Below, piece by piece: positions 46,955 to 56,358 of a stretch of DNA of 64,000 nt (position 1 is its first letter; every line of letters begins with the position of its first letter). The notes beneath the pieces are model-generated. The model searched no databases, was not told where the DNA came from, and was given only the letters and a program-made list of their open reading frames with translations. The stretch covers positions 21,095 through 85,094 of the forward strand of contig JAEWZY010000061.1 of NCBI GenBank assembly GCA_023394955.1, read 5' to 3'. A program made the translations under genes and the position numbers. The stretch comes from Bacillota bacterium. GTDB lineage: Bacteria > Bacillota > UBA4882 > UBA8346.

Positions 46955-46982
46955 AAGCCCGGGGAAACGCCGGGCTTTTTTG
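46955..46982 (+). terminator. Rho-independent terminator ~110 nt after the ygjP-like stop
   Basis: AAGCCCGG (46955-46962) pairs with CCGGGCTT (46970-46977), followed by TTTTT. Confidence 0.75.
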
Positions 46983-47042
46983 TTTGAATAAAACCCCAGT
47001 TAAAAGGGGAATTTAATTTCCGGAAAGCCAAAATGCTCTGGG

Positions 47043-48368
47043 GTGAAAAATTTGAATAAAATAAGAAAATTTTATATCCTAATATTGATTATTGGTATTA
47101 TCCTTGTCTATCTGTCGGCTTCTAGTATTATTCAGCTGGCGGCATTACCAGAAATACTCAGGATCTCTCCCGGTCAGGAATTTATTCTTTCGGTCCGCTA
47201 TCCCTTGAGTTTTTATCAAAAGCCGAAAAATAGTTTGAAGATAAAACCAGTCGATCGGGTCGCGAAGATCTTTACCAATCATTTGATTTTAAATTCAAAA
47301 AATAGAAATCGGTTTGATGTGCAGTTACGGCTTTTCGGGGCGATTCCCCTTCGGAAAGTTAGAGTTGAGATAGCGGATCCCCCCATGGTTATCCCGGGAG
47401 GTCAGGCCATAGGAGTGCTTTTTTCAAGTACCGGAGTAGTTATTGTTGGGCACGCGCCCCTCCGTAACATGGAACGCAAACAATTCTATCCCGCTCGTGA
47501 AGCTGGTATAAAAATTGGCGATATAATTCTTAAAATCAATGAGACCCCAATTAGACGAGTAGCAGATGTCGAGAAACTCATTCAAGACTATCAGCCGGAA
47601 CAAAAAAATATCCGGCTTTCAATCAACCGGAACGGAAAAATAATTTCTTTAAAAATTAAACCTGTTCTTTGTCGCGGTTTGGAAGACGATTCCGATCTCC
47701 GGTACCGGCTTGGAATTTTTATTGAAGATCCTGCTGCCGGAGTAGGAACTCTGACTTTTATTGAACCAAGCACTCATCGTTTTGCCGGATTAGGCCATCG
47801 GATCTCTCATTTTGCCGGAAAACAAAATATTCCCTTTACTAAAGGGGAAATAATTTTAGCAGACATTAGTGGTGTTAAAAAAGGTGAGCCTGGCGAGCCT
47901 GGTGAAAAAATAGGCATTTTTTCCGCAAATGAAATATCAATCGGGACCATAGAAAAAAATTCCCGATTCGGAATCTACGGTATCTTGTCAAAAAAATTGC
48001 CATTCCAATCAAAAGCGATTCCAATAGCTTATAGTTCTCAAATTAAGCTAGGCCCGGCGGAGATTTATACGGTAATCAAAGGTCGAGCAATAAAAAAATA
48101 TCAAGTGGAAATAATTAAAATTTTCCGTCAAGACATTCCAAGAGATAAGGGTATAGTATTAAGAGTAGTCGATCCGGAGCTATTAAAGGAAACCGGAGGA
48201 ATTATTCAAGGAATGAGCGGGAGTCCCATAATTCAAAACCAAAAGTTAGTTGGAGCCGTAACCCATGTCTTTGTAAATGACCCCACCAAAGGTTATGGTG
48301 TCCTAGCGGAATGGATGATTAATGAAATAAAAACTGTTAAAGATAGTGATCGTGAAAAAGCGTCTTAA
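47043..48368 (+). CDS. spoIVB: SpoIVB peptidase (S55 serine peptidase with a PDZ domain)
   Basis: N-terminal TM segment, a PDZ-like region (..GIKIGDIILKINETPI..) and ..GIIQGMSGSPI.. (catalytic Ser). It lies directly upstream of spo0A, as in Bacillus and Clostridium. Confidence 0.85.
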   Translation: MKNLNKIRKFYILILIIGIILVYLSASSIIQLAALPEILRISPGQEFILSVRYPLSFYQKPKNSLKIKPVDRVAKIFTNHLILNSKNRNRFDVQLRLFGAIPLRKVRVEIADPPMVIPGGQAIGVLFSSTGVVIVGHAPLRNMERKQFYPAREAGIKIGDIILKINETPIRRVADVEKLIQDYQPEQKNIRLSINRNGKIISLKIKPVLCRGLEDDSDLRYRLGIFIEDPAAGVGTLTFIEPSTHRFAGLGHRISHFAGKQNIPFTKGEIILADISGVKKGEPGEPGEKIGIFSANEISIGTIEKNSRFGIYGILSKKLPFQSKAIPIAYSSQIKLGPAEIYTVIKGRAIKKYQVEIIKIFRQDIPRDKGIVLRVVDPELLKETGGIIQGMSGSPIIQNQKLVGAVTHVFVNDPTKGYGVLAEWMINEIKTVKDSDREKAS

Positions 48369-48518
48369 GAGATGCTTTTTTTATAGGTTTAATTAAATTT
48401 ATTCACCTTCAAAGCAGGCGTTAGTATAGGGGGAATAGTATTTTCTCAATAGAAATAAAAAAGGAATTCTTTGCTGCATAGCGAAAACAGTTATGTTATA
48501 ATTCTGGAGGTGTATGGT

Positions 48519-49301
48519 TTGAATCCGGTTAGAATCGGAATTGCCGATGACAATTTGGAATTTTGTATGTTACTGCACGATTATTTTATGATCCAGCCGG
48601 AATTTGAGATTGGGTTAATTGTTCATAATGGCCAAGATTTAATTAAAGCCTTGCGGGAAACTGAGTTGGACGTACTTTTACTAGATATGATCATGCCGAA
48701 GCTTGATGGGTTAGGTGTGCTCAAATGGTTAAAGGAACATCCCTTAGTTAATAAGCCGAAAGTAATTATTTTCTCGGCTTTCGCCAAAGAAGAAGTAGCC
48801 AGACAAGCTGTAGAGCTAGGGGTTGATTACTATATATTAAAACCCTTTGATTTAAAGACATTAAAGCAAAGAATTTTAGAGATCGCGTCTCATACATCCG
48901 GGCAGCTAATTAAGGTGAAATTAATTAATAAACAAAGATACCAAGATCTTGATAAAGAAGTTTCCCGCATCATTAAAGGTCTTGGAATTCCACCACATTT
49001 TAAAGGTTATTCCTATTTGGCAGCGGCTATAATTATGACTATTCAGGAACCGGGTTTGATTAATGAAGTTACTACCAGACTTTATCCTTTCATCGCCAGG
49101 CATTTTAAGACTAACGAACAACGGGTGGAAAGGGCGATGCGGTTTGCCATTGAAACAGCTTGGAATAAAGGCAATGTCCAGATTTTACATGATTTATTCG
49201 GGTATTGTATCGATGATCAAAAAGGGAAACCTACTAATGCATCATTTATTGCTAAAATTTCCGACAAAATCCGATTGGAACATAAAACCCGCGCAGTTTA
49301 A
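48519..49301 (+). CDS. spo0A: Sporulation master regulator Spo0A
   Basis: Receiver domain (..IGIADDN..LLLDMIMPKLDG..) plus a Spo0A-specific C-terminal DNA-binding domain (..IPPHFKGYSYL..ERAMRFAIETAW..). The probable start is TTG 48519, 8 nt after GGAGG. Confidence 0.92.
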   Translation: MNPVRIGIADDNLEFCMLLHDYFMIQPEFEIGLIVHNGQDLIKALRETELDVLLLDMIMPKLDGLGVLKWLKEHPLVNKPKVIIFSAFAKEEVARQAVELGVDYYILKPFDLKTLKQRILEIASHTSGQLIKVKLINKQRYQDLDKEVSRIIKGLGIPPHFKGYSYLAAAIIMTIQEPGLINEVTTRLYPFIARHFKTNEQRVERAMRFAIETAWNKGNVQILHDLFGYCIDDQKGKPTNASFIAKISDKIRLEHKTRAV

Positions 49302-49314
49302 CGGAGGGAGTTTA

Positions 49315-50436
49315 TTGGATTTTAAGGCTAAAGCGAGAATTGATTTACGGACTAAGAATTTGGTTAAACGTATCAAGCCGGGGGAAATAGCGATAATTGA
49401 TCATGCCGACTTGGATCAGGTGGCGGCGGATTCTTTAGCTCAAGCAAAGGTTCGATTGGTGATTAACGCTAGTCCTTCTATTACTGGAAAATACCCCAAT
49501 CCCGGTCCATCTAAATTGCTTGAGGAAGGCATAAACATATTAGACAACGTTGGAAAGGAATTTTTTAACAAGATCCATGAAGGAGATTTATTAGATATTA
49601 GGGGAAATCAAGTATTTAAAGGTCAGGAGTTAATTGGCGAAGGTGTGTTTTTAGAGTTAAAATCCGTAAAGCTTCGACTGAAGGAAATTCGCCGTAATTT
49701 AGGCTCGGAATTAGATAAATTTTTACATAATACTTTAGAATATGCATTGAAGGAAAAGGAGCTAATCTTAGGAACACTAACTTTGCCACAGGTTAAAACG
49801 AAATTTGAAGGCAGATCAGTAGTTGTTGTGGTAAGGGGACAAAATTATCGCGAAGATCTTTCAATTATTAAGTCTTATATCGACGATGTCCATCCGGTTC
49901 TAATCGGAGTGGACGGCGGCGCCGATGCTTTGCTTGAGTTCGGTTATCATCCCCATTTGATCATGGGCGATATGGATAGCGTATCTGATCGGGCGTTGCA
50001 GTCGGGAGCAGAATTAATAGTTCATGCTTATCCCGACGGAAGGGCTCCCGGATTGGAACGGATCAACCAACTCAATTTAAAAGCCGGGGTCTTCCCGGCG
50101 CCTGGAACCAGTGAAGATATCGCGTTATTACTGGCGTATGAGAAAGGCGCTAATATAATTGTCGCCGTAGGTACCCATTCTAATATGATCGACTTTTTAG
50201 AAAAGGGACGCCAAGGAATGGGCAGCACTTTTCTAGTGCGTTTAAAAGTAGGATCAATTCTGGTTGATGCCCGTGGCGTTAGTCGGATTTATCAAGGTCG
50301 GATTAAACTCCGTTATATACTGCAAATTACAATAGCAGGTATAATGACTATTGGAATTGTTTTATACCAGACCCAATGGTCGCGAGATTTTCTCCGCGCC
50401 TTTTGGCTGCAGTTAAAAGTTTTTCTTGGATTATAA
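49315..50436 (+). CDS. SteA-like protein (putative cytokinetic/cell-separation factor, thiamine-pyrophosphokinase-like fold) with a C-terminal TM segment
   Basis: ..ARIDLRTKNLVKRIKPGEIAIIDHADLDQVAADSL...VINASPSITGKYPNPGP.. resembles actinobacterial SteA (Rv1697 family). GGAGGGAG RBS precedes TTG 49315. The track ORF start at 49063 lies inside spo0A. Confidence 0.7.
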   Translation: MDFKAKARIDLRTKNLVKRIKPGEIAIIDHADLDQVAADSLAQAKVRLVINASPSITGKYPNPGPSKLLEEGINILDNVGKEFFNKIHEGDLLDIRGNQVFKGQELIGEGVFLELKSVKLRLKEIRRNLGSELDKFLHNTLEYALKEKELILGTLTLPQVKTKFEGRSVVVVVRGQNYREDLSIIKSYIDDVHPVLIGVDGGADALLEFGYHPHLIMGDMDSVSDRALQSGAELIVHAYPDGRAPGLERINQLNLKAGVFPAPGTSEDIALLLAYEKGANIIVAVGTHSNMIDFLEKGRQGMGSTFLVRLKVGSILVDARGVSRIYQGRIKLRYILQITIAGIMTIGIVLYQTQWSRDFLRAFWLQLKVFLGL

Positions 50437-50463
50437 ATGATAACTAACGGCGTGGAGGATTCC

Positions 50464-51357
50464 ATGATTGTCGATTTACGGTATCATGTTGTCTCAATAG
50501 TATCAATCTTTTTAGCCTTAGGCTTAGGAATGATTATCGGCGCCAATTTAGGCCATTCCGCCAATGCTCAACTGGAAAAACAATTGGAAAGACTTGAAGT
50601 TACTTATGCAAATATCCGGGAAGACCAAAGGCTATTGCAAGCTTCACTAGAAGCTAAAAATAACGAAATTGATGTTGCCAATCAATTTCAAAAGGCGATT
50701 CTTCCTAATTTAATAGTAAACCGTCTTTTAGGTAAAAGAATTGCGGTTATTCGCACCAATAGTTCCGTTGATTTCAAATATACCAAAAAAATGGTTGACT
50801 TATTGCGCCAGGCTGGAGCGGAAGTTACATCGGTTACTACTATAGCCAAGCCGATTAACCTTTCCGATCAACAGTTTCGGACTGAAATATTGGATGCCTT
50901 TGATCTCCGTTCAACTGACGATAAAACATTATTGGCCACCGTAAGTTCAAAGATTATCCAAATAATCTTGAAGGGTGAAGGGAGTTCCCAATTAATATAT
51001 CTTCAAAATAAAGATTTAGTTCAACTATGGGGTGATTACAACCGCGGTGCAGTAGACACCTTGGTTTTTTTAGGAGGCGGAATGAATCCCGACACAAATT
51101 TCCAGCGTGAAATCGACGTTCCTTTATTAGATGCAGTGCGAAAAACCGGGACGATGATCGTAGGAGTGGAACCAAGTTTTGTAACCGAATCTTATATTCG
51201 GACCTATCAATCAAAATGTCAAGGAACCGTTGACAATGTAGAAACTTCTCCCGGAGAAGCGACCTTGGTTTATCTCTTAGCTTCGGGTAAAAAGGGATTT
51301 TATGGTATTAAAGATACCGCCCGAGCACTAATCCCCGAATTTAAGCTAAATTATTAA
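50464..51357 (+). CDS. MctB/SteB-like membrane protein ('copper transporter' DUF3186 family)
   Basis: MIVDLRYHVVSIVSIFLALGLGMIIG is an N-terminus typical of the family. GGAGG RBS precedes ATG 50464. Confidence 0.65.
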   Translation: MIVDLRYHVVSIVSIFLALGLGMIIGANLGHSANAQLEKQLERLEVTYANIREDQRLLQASLEAKNNEIDVANQFQKAILPNLIVNRLLGKRIAVIRTNSSVDFKYTKKMVDLLRQAGAEVTSVTTIAKPINLSDQQFRTEILDAFDLRSTDDKTLLATVSSKIIQIILKGEGSSQLIYLQNKDLVQLWGDYNRGAVDTLVFLGGGMNPDTNFQREIDVPLLDAVRKTGTMIVGVEPSFVTESYIRTYQSKCQGTVDNVETSPGEATLVYLLASGKKGFYGIKDTARALIPEFKLNY

Positions 51358-51443
51358 TCCCCGCGTTAATCTTCAATTTGTCAAAAAAAAGATGGCTAGC
51401 GTTAATGGGCTCACAGCATATCTAATTTCAGGAGGAATCTCGG

Positions 51444-52127
51444 GTGGAAAATGAACAAGAATTGGTAACAATAATTATACCGGCATTTAATGAAAGCAAT
51501 TCAATTCAAGATACTGTTCAAGCTGTTAAAAGTCTGAAAAGCGTCGGCCAGATCATCGTAGTCAACGATTGTTCCACTGATCTCACTGGAGATTTAGCCG
51601 AGGACGCGGAAGCTGAAGTTATTAATCTATCCCGGAATGTGGGAAAAGGGGGTGCGATAAACTTCGGCTTGAAACATGCGAAAGGGGGCATTATCGGTTT
51701 TATCGACGGAGACCTAGGTAAATCTGCGGTTGAGGTGGAAAAATTAATTATTCCGGTAATTGAGAATAAAGCGGATATGACAATCGGTAGATTTCCGCCT
51801 GCTGTTAAAAAGGGTGGGTTTGGCTTGGTAAATAATCTTGCGCGTAAAGGGATTAGGTGGTTTACCGGGCTCCAAGTAGCCAGTCCCCTTTCCGGCCAAA
51901 GGGTAATGCGCCGCGAAATTCTTGAAAAAGTTGGTCTCATGGAGGCGAGATTCGGAATTGAAGTGGGATTGACTATCGATGTTTTACGTCTCGGTTTCCG
52001 GATCAAAGAAATTCCGGTGCAAATGACTCATGCAGAAACGAGCCGCGATTTGGCCGGGTTTCTTCACAGAGGCCGTCAATTTGTCGATGTATTGGCTGTT
52101 TTGATTAAAAGATTATTTATGAGGTGA
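51444..52127 (+). CDS. Family 2 glycosyltransferase
   Basis: ..VTIIIPAFNES.., ..DCSTD.. and ..FIDGDL.. (DxD) GT-A motifs. AGGAGG RBS with a GTG start. Confidence 0.75.
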   Translation: MENEQELVTIIIPAFNESNSIQDTVQAVKSLKSVGQIIVVNDCSTDLTGDLAEDAEAEVINLSRNVGKGGAINFGLKHAKGGIIGFIDGDLGKSAVEVEKLIIPVIENKADMTIGRFPPAVKKGGFGLVNNLARKGIRWFTGLQVASPLSGQRVMRREILEKVGLMEARFGIEVGLTIDVLRLGFRIKEIPVQMTHAETSRDLAGFLHRGRQFVDVLAVLIKRLFMR

Positions 52128-52131
52128 TTCC

Positions 52132-53025
52132 GTGGACGAATTGGTTGAATTTTTACAATTGAACTTATTTTATTTCATAAGATATTTTTTATTGTTAACG
52201 GTTTCAGCTCTGCTAACTGTTTTTTTATTACCTTATTTGAACGAGTTTTTGAAAGAATCAAATTTATTAAAAACTAATTATCGTGGAGAAAACATTCCAA
52301 CAGCCACTGGCTTGATATTCCTAATCGTTGTGCCTTTAGTGATTGGTTTTGGTTTTTTATTCGCGATCCACAGCTTTATAGCAGTAAATACTGTTTTGTT
52401 TCTTTTAGTGATGTTCGGGATGGGAATGGCGGGTTTGATTGATGATTGTTTTGGAAGTCACGTGGTGAAAGGTTTTAAGGGACACATTAGAGTTTTTGTG
52501 AAGGAGAAGAAATTGACCACTGGCGGGTTGAAAGCGTTCCTTGGAGGAACCATTGCTATGGTCTTCAGCATTGCTAACGCCAGGTTAAATGGTTTTGGAA
52601 ACTATCCTTGGATGTTTATAATCGATTTTTTATTGGTAGCCCTGACGGCAAATATCATTAACCTATTTGACCTGCGTCCGGGCCGGGCTGGCAAGGCATA
52701 CCTCGTTATTCTCGTTGCGGTTATCCTCTTAAGTAAGAATCTTACCGATTTTATCGGTTTGTTCTTACCGGTGACGGTTATTTTATTGGTTTATTTGCCA
52801 TATGATTTGAAAGCTAAAATGATGTTGGGCGATACCGGCTCCAATCTTTTGGGTTCTTCCCTGGGAATGATGATGGTCTGGATGTTAAGCGACTTTGGAA
52901 AGGTTATCGCCTTGATAATTTTTATAAGTCTCCAGCTGGCCGCTGAAAAAATATCATTTTCGGAGATTATTAATAAATACCGTCCCCTTAAATATTTTGA
53001 TCAACTAGGGCGTGATAAGTTTTGA
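52132..53025 (+). CDS. Polyprenyl-phosphate sugar-1-phosphate transferase (MraY/WecA, glycosyltransferase family 4-like)
   Basis: Multi-TM protein with ..GLIDDCFG.. and ..NIINLFDLRPG.. motifs reminiscent of MraY/WecA. Confidence 0.6.
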   Translation: MDELVEFLQLNLFYFIRYFLLLTVSALLTVFLLPYLNEFLKESNLLKTNYRGENIPTATGLIFLIVVPLVIGFGFLFAIHSFIAVNTVLFLLVMFGMGMAGLIDDCFGSHVVKGFKGHIRVFVKEKKLTTGGLKAFLGGTIAMVFSIANARLNGFGNYPWMFIIDFLLVALTANIINLFDLRPGRAGKAYLVILVAVILLSKNLTDFIGLFLPVTVILLVYLPYDLKAKMMLGDTGSNLLGSSLGMMMVWMLSDFGKVIALIIFISLQLAAEKISFSEIINKYRPLKYFDQLGRDKF

Positions 53026-53861
53026 TCAAGTTAGGTGTGCATGTTTCAATCGGAAAGGGTTTGGCGGGAACAATTGACCGGGCCGAAGCTTTGGGGTGTG
53101 ATGGATTTCAGATGTTCGTGGCTAACCCCAGGGGTTGGGCGCGAAAGCCGCTAGAGGAAAATGAAATCAACAAATTTAAAAGCAAAAGAAAGGGGTCCCA
53201 ACATTGGCCTGTGGTGGTCCATTTGGCTTATCTTCCCAATCCTGCCTCCGATGATCCCGAATTGTATGAAAAGTCCGTTGTTACTTTAGCGGAAGAGTTC
53301 AAACGGGCCAACCTTTTAGAAGCTGATTTTTTTGTTTTTCATCCTGGTAAAAATAAGGCTTGTCAAAGGGGGATCGCCCGAATTAGCCAGGCGGTTAATC
53401 TTGTATTATCCCAAATTGGCGGGCCAACAATTATGCTCTTCGAAAATCAGGCTGGGGCCGGAGGGGAGATCGCCGGAGGTTTTGAGGAATTAAAAGAATT
53501 AATCGCCGGAGTTGATATCCAGGACAGAGTGGGAATCTGTTTTGATACTTGTCATGCCTTTGCCGCTGGTTATGATTTGAGAAATCGGGACGGCTGGGAA
53601 ACAACTTTGAGAGATTTTAACCGTTTAATTGGGATTGAAAAGTTAAAGCTGTTTCATCTCAATGACGCTTTGTATGAACTGGGATCTCATCGGGACCGGC
53701 ATCAACACATTGGTTTGGGTAAGATCGGCTTGGAAGGTTTCGAATATTTAGTTAATCATCCTCAACTTAATAAAATTCCGGGAATTCTTGAAACCCCACA
53801 GGAATCTGAGGGGGATGATTTGAGAAATCTAGCGGCTTTGCGGAAGATGGTGAGGGAGTAA
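53022..53861 (+). CDS. nfo: Endonuclease IV
   Basis: MIKLGVHVS.., ..FHLNDA.. and ..RDRHQHIGLGKIG.. motifs. Confidence 0.9.
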   Translation: MIKLGVHVSIGKGLAGTIDRAEALGCDGFQMFVANPRGWARKPLEENEINKFKSKRKGSQHWPVVVHLAYLPNPASDDPELYEKSVVTLAEEFKRANLLEADFFVFHPGKNKACQRGIARISQAVNLVLSQIGGPTIMLFENQAGAGGEIAGGFEELKELIAGVDIQDRVGICFDTCHAFAAGYDLRNRDGWETTLRDFNRLIGIEKLKLFHLNDALYELGSHRDRHQHIGLGKIGLEGFEYLVNHPQLNKIPGILETPQESEGDDLRNLAALRKMVRE

Positions 53862-53864
53862 ATT

Positions 53865-54302
53865 TTGAAACTAGTAGAAATCTATACTGATGGCGCTTGT
53901 TCCGGAAACCCAGGTCCCGGAGGTTGGGCGGCGATCTTGATTCATGAAGGCAAAGAGCGGGAGATTTGCGGATTTGAACCTAATACGACCAATCAAAGGA
54001 TGGAATTGCGGGCCGCTATTGAAGGTCTTGGGGCGCTAAAATTTGCTTGCGTGGTTAAACTATATTCTGATAGCGCTTACTTGATCAATGCTTTTTGCCA
54101 AAATTGGTTTAAAAATTGGCTGGCAAATGGTTGGTTGAATTCTCAAAAAAAACCAGTGGGAAACCGTGATTTGTGGGAAGAGATTTTGAGGTTAAGCCAG
54201 ATCCATCAAATAGATTGGATTAAAGTACCAGGACATCGTGATAACCAATATAATAACCGGTGTGACTTGTTAGCCAGAACAGTCATTAAAGAACATATTT
54301 AA
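53865..54302 (+). CDS. rnhA: Ribonuclease HI
   Basis: ..IYTDGACSGNPGPGGWAAIL..TNQRMEL.. and ..DNQYNNRCDLLA.. motifs. Confidence 0.9.
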   Translation: MKLVEIYTDGACSGNPGPGGWAAILIHEGKEREICGFEPNTTNQRMELRAAIEGLGALKFACVVKLYSDSAYLINAFCQNWFKNWLANGWLNSQKKPVGNRDLWEEILRLSQIHQIDWIKVPGHRDNQYNNRCDLLARTVIKEHI

Positions 54303-54402
54303 ATTTGCCAATCTAAAAAGTATGGCAGGATTTCCAATTTCCAATGGCGAACCAATATTTTTGTTGTGTTTAGCCATAAAAAATTAAAAGGAGTGAACTA
54401 AC

Positions 54403-55227
54403 TTGCTAACACAAGCGCAGATTGAAGAGTTAAATGAAAGAGCCAGACATATGCGGGGGCATATTATCAAAATGTTGGCGGCCGCCAAATCCGGACATCC
54501 CGGAGGCTCTCTATCCGCTGTAGACTTACTTGCTTATCTTTATTTTCACAAAATGAAAAATGACCCTAAAAATCCTAAAATGCCGGACCGAGATCGTTTT
54601 ATTTTGAGTAAAGGCCACGCCGGTCCTGTTTTATATTCCGCTTTAGCTGAAAGAGGTTATTTTGATAAAGAATTAGTCTGTACTTTGCGCCAGTTCAAAA
54701 GCATACTTCAAGGGCACCCCGATATGAAGAAAACCCCGGGAGTAGAAATATCTAGTGGTTCATTAGGGCAAGGGCTTTCAGTGGGTAATGGAATCGCGAT
54801 TGCCGGAAAGTTGGATCAAAAACCTTACCGGGTTTATGTTTTAATCGGTGACGGCGAAAGCCAAGAAGGCCAGATCTGGGAGGCGGCTATGACCTCCGTC
54901 CATTATAAATTAGATAACTTAACCGCGTTCCTGGATTACAATCATCTTCAAATTGACGGACGGATCGAGGATGTAAAATCGTTTACCGATCCGGTAGCCC
55001 GTTTTATCGCTTTCGGTTGGCATGTTATTGAAGTCGACGGCCATAGCTTCACCGAACTTGACAAAGCGGTCGCCGAGGCTGAAAATACTAAAGGAAAACC
55101 AACTATGGTAGTAATGCACACTATTAAAGGCAAGGGCGTTTCTTTTATGGAGAACCAATCTGGTTGGCACGGTAAAGCCCCCTCGGCCGAAGAAGCGGAA
55201 CAAGCTGTAAAAGAGCTTGGTTTATAA
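54403..55227 (+). CDS. Transketolase, N-terminal (TPP-binding) subunit
   Basis: ..GHPGGSLS.., ..SKGHA.. and ..GDGESQEGQIWEA.. motifs. Confidence 0.9.
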   Translation: MLTQAQIEELNERARHMRGHIIKMLAAAKSGHPGGSLSAVDLLAYLYFHKMKNDPKNPKMPDRDRFILSKGHAGPVLYSALAERGYFDKELVCTLRQFKSILQGHPDMKKTPGVEISSGSLGQGLSVGNGIAIAGKLDQKPYRVYVLIGDGESQEGQIWEAAMTSVHYKLDNLTAFLDYNHLQIDGRIEDVKSFTDPVARFIAFGWHVIEVDGHSFTELDKAVAEAENTKGKPTMVVMHTIKGKGVSFMENQSGWHGKAPSAEEAEQAVKELGL

Positions 55228-55310
55228 TATTCAATTTGACACTTAAAAATTTGAAAAGGACTCAATTTTTCTGATTTTGATTTTTGTAAAAGAGAGGGGT
55301 TTGTTAATAA

Positions 55311-56255
55311 ATGGGAGATCGAGTTGCAACACGCGACGCTTATGGAAAAGCTTTGCTTAAACTGGGTGAAATTAATCAAAACATTGTTGTTTTAGACGCC
55401 GACCTTTCGAAATCTACTAAAACAGACGGTTTTTCGAAAAAATTTCCGGAGCGGTTTATTCAGATGGGAATTGCCGAAGCGGATATGATGTCTACCGCAG
55501 GCGGTTTAGCCGTAGCCGGAAAAATTCCCTTCGCCAGTTCGTTTGCGATTTTCGCCACTGGTAGAGCTTATGATCAGGTCCGCAATACCATTGGTTATGC
55601 CGGATTAAACGTTAAAATCGCTGCTACTCACGCTGGGGTTACGGTCGGAGCCGATGGCGGTTCGCATCAGTCTTTAGAAGATATTGCTTTAATGAGGGCG
55701 ATTCCCGGAATGACAGTTTTGAACCCGGCCGACGCAAATGAGACTGAAAAACTAATTTTTGCGGCAGCTGAATATAACGGCCCGGTATATATTCGGTTAG
55801 GAAGGGAACCGATGCCGACGGTTTTTGGAGAGGATTATCGGCCGGAGATCGGTAAGGCGGTCCGACTTAGAGAAGGCAAAGCGGCAACGATTATCGCCAC
55901 TGGAATAATGGTGGAGCGGGCTTTATTAGCCGCCGATATACTTGGTCAAAATGGAACGACGGTCAGAGTGATTAATATTCATACCATTAAGCCGATTGAT
56001 AGCGCCGAAATCATCAAAGCCGCTTGGGAAACCGGGGCTGTTGTCACTGCTGAAGAACATTCGGTAATCGGAGGTTTAGCGAGCGCTGTTTCCGAAGTAG
56101 TAGTCCAAAACCGTCCGGTCCCGATGGAGTTTATTGGTGTGAAAGACCGCTTCGGTCAATCGGGTACTCCGGCTCAATTGATGGAAGAATACGGTCTCAA
56201 TCCTGAACATATTGTGGCTGCAGTGGAAAAAGCCATTGGTAGAAAAGATTCGTAA
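55311..56255 (+). CDS. Transketolase, C-terminal (pyrimidine-binding) subunit
   Basis: ..ATRDAYG..., ..GIAEADM.. and ..THAGVTVGADGGSHQ.. motifs. Confidence 0.9.
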   Translation: MGDRVATRDAYGKALLKLGEINQNIVVLDADLSKSTKTDGFSKKFPERFIQMGIAEADMMSTAGGLAVAGKIPFASSFAIFATGRAYDQVRNTIGYAGLNVKIAATHAGVTVGADGGSHQSLEDIALMRAIPGMTVLNPADANETEKLIFAAAEYNGPVYIRLGREPMPTVFGEDYRPEIGKAVRLREGKAATIIATGIMVERALLAADILGQNGTTVRVINIHTIKPIDSAEIIKAAWETGAVVTAEEHSVIGGLASAVSEVVVQNRPVPMEFIGVKDRFGQSGTPAQLMEEYGLNPEHIVAAVEKAIGRKDS

Positions 56256-56358
56256 AAAATTTCTATTTTGCTAATAAGGGTAGAAGATATAAATAAATTA
56301 AACCGTAAAACCTTAGGACTTTGAGCCTGTTTATTTAGGTAACAAGGAGTGAATACGG

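Noticed and set aside
48462-48502. Sigma-H-like (AGGAATT ... CGAAA) and extended -10 (TGtTATAAT) promoter elements, plus a TAGCGAA 0A-box-like string, upstream of spo0A
   Set aside because: The matches are partial. The TATAAT lies only ~4 nt from the RBS, so a transcript from it would lack the RBS. This is too weak to call without TSS data.
49063-49314. N-terminal extensions of track ORFs that overlap the preceding gene. Examples: 49063 for steA, 14637 for the aminopeptidase, 23445 for rsmH, 28862 for murF, 32587 for murA and 43480 for rsfS.
   Set aside because: Downstream in-frame starts have proper RBS spacing and match the expected family N-termini. The extensions lie inside upstream coding regions.
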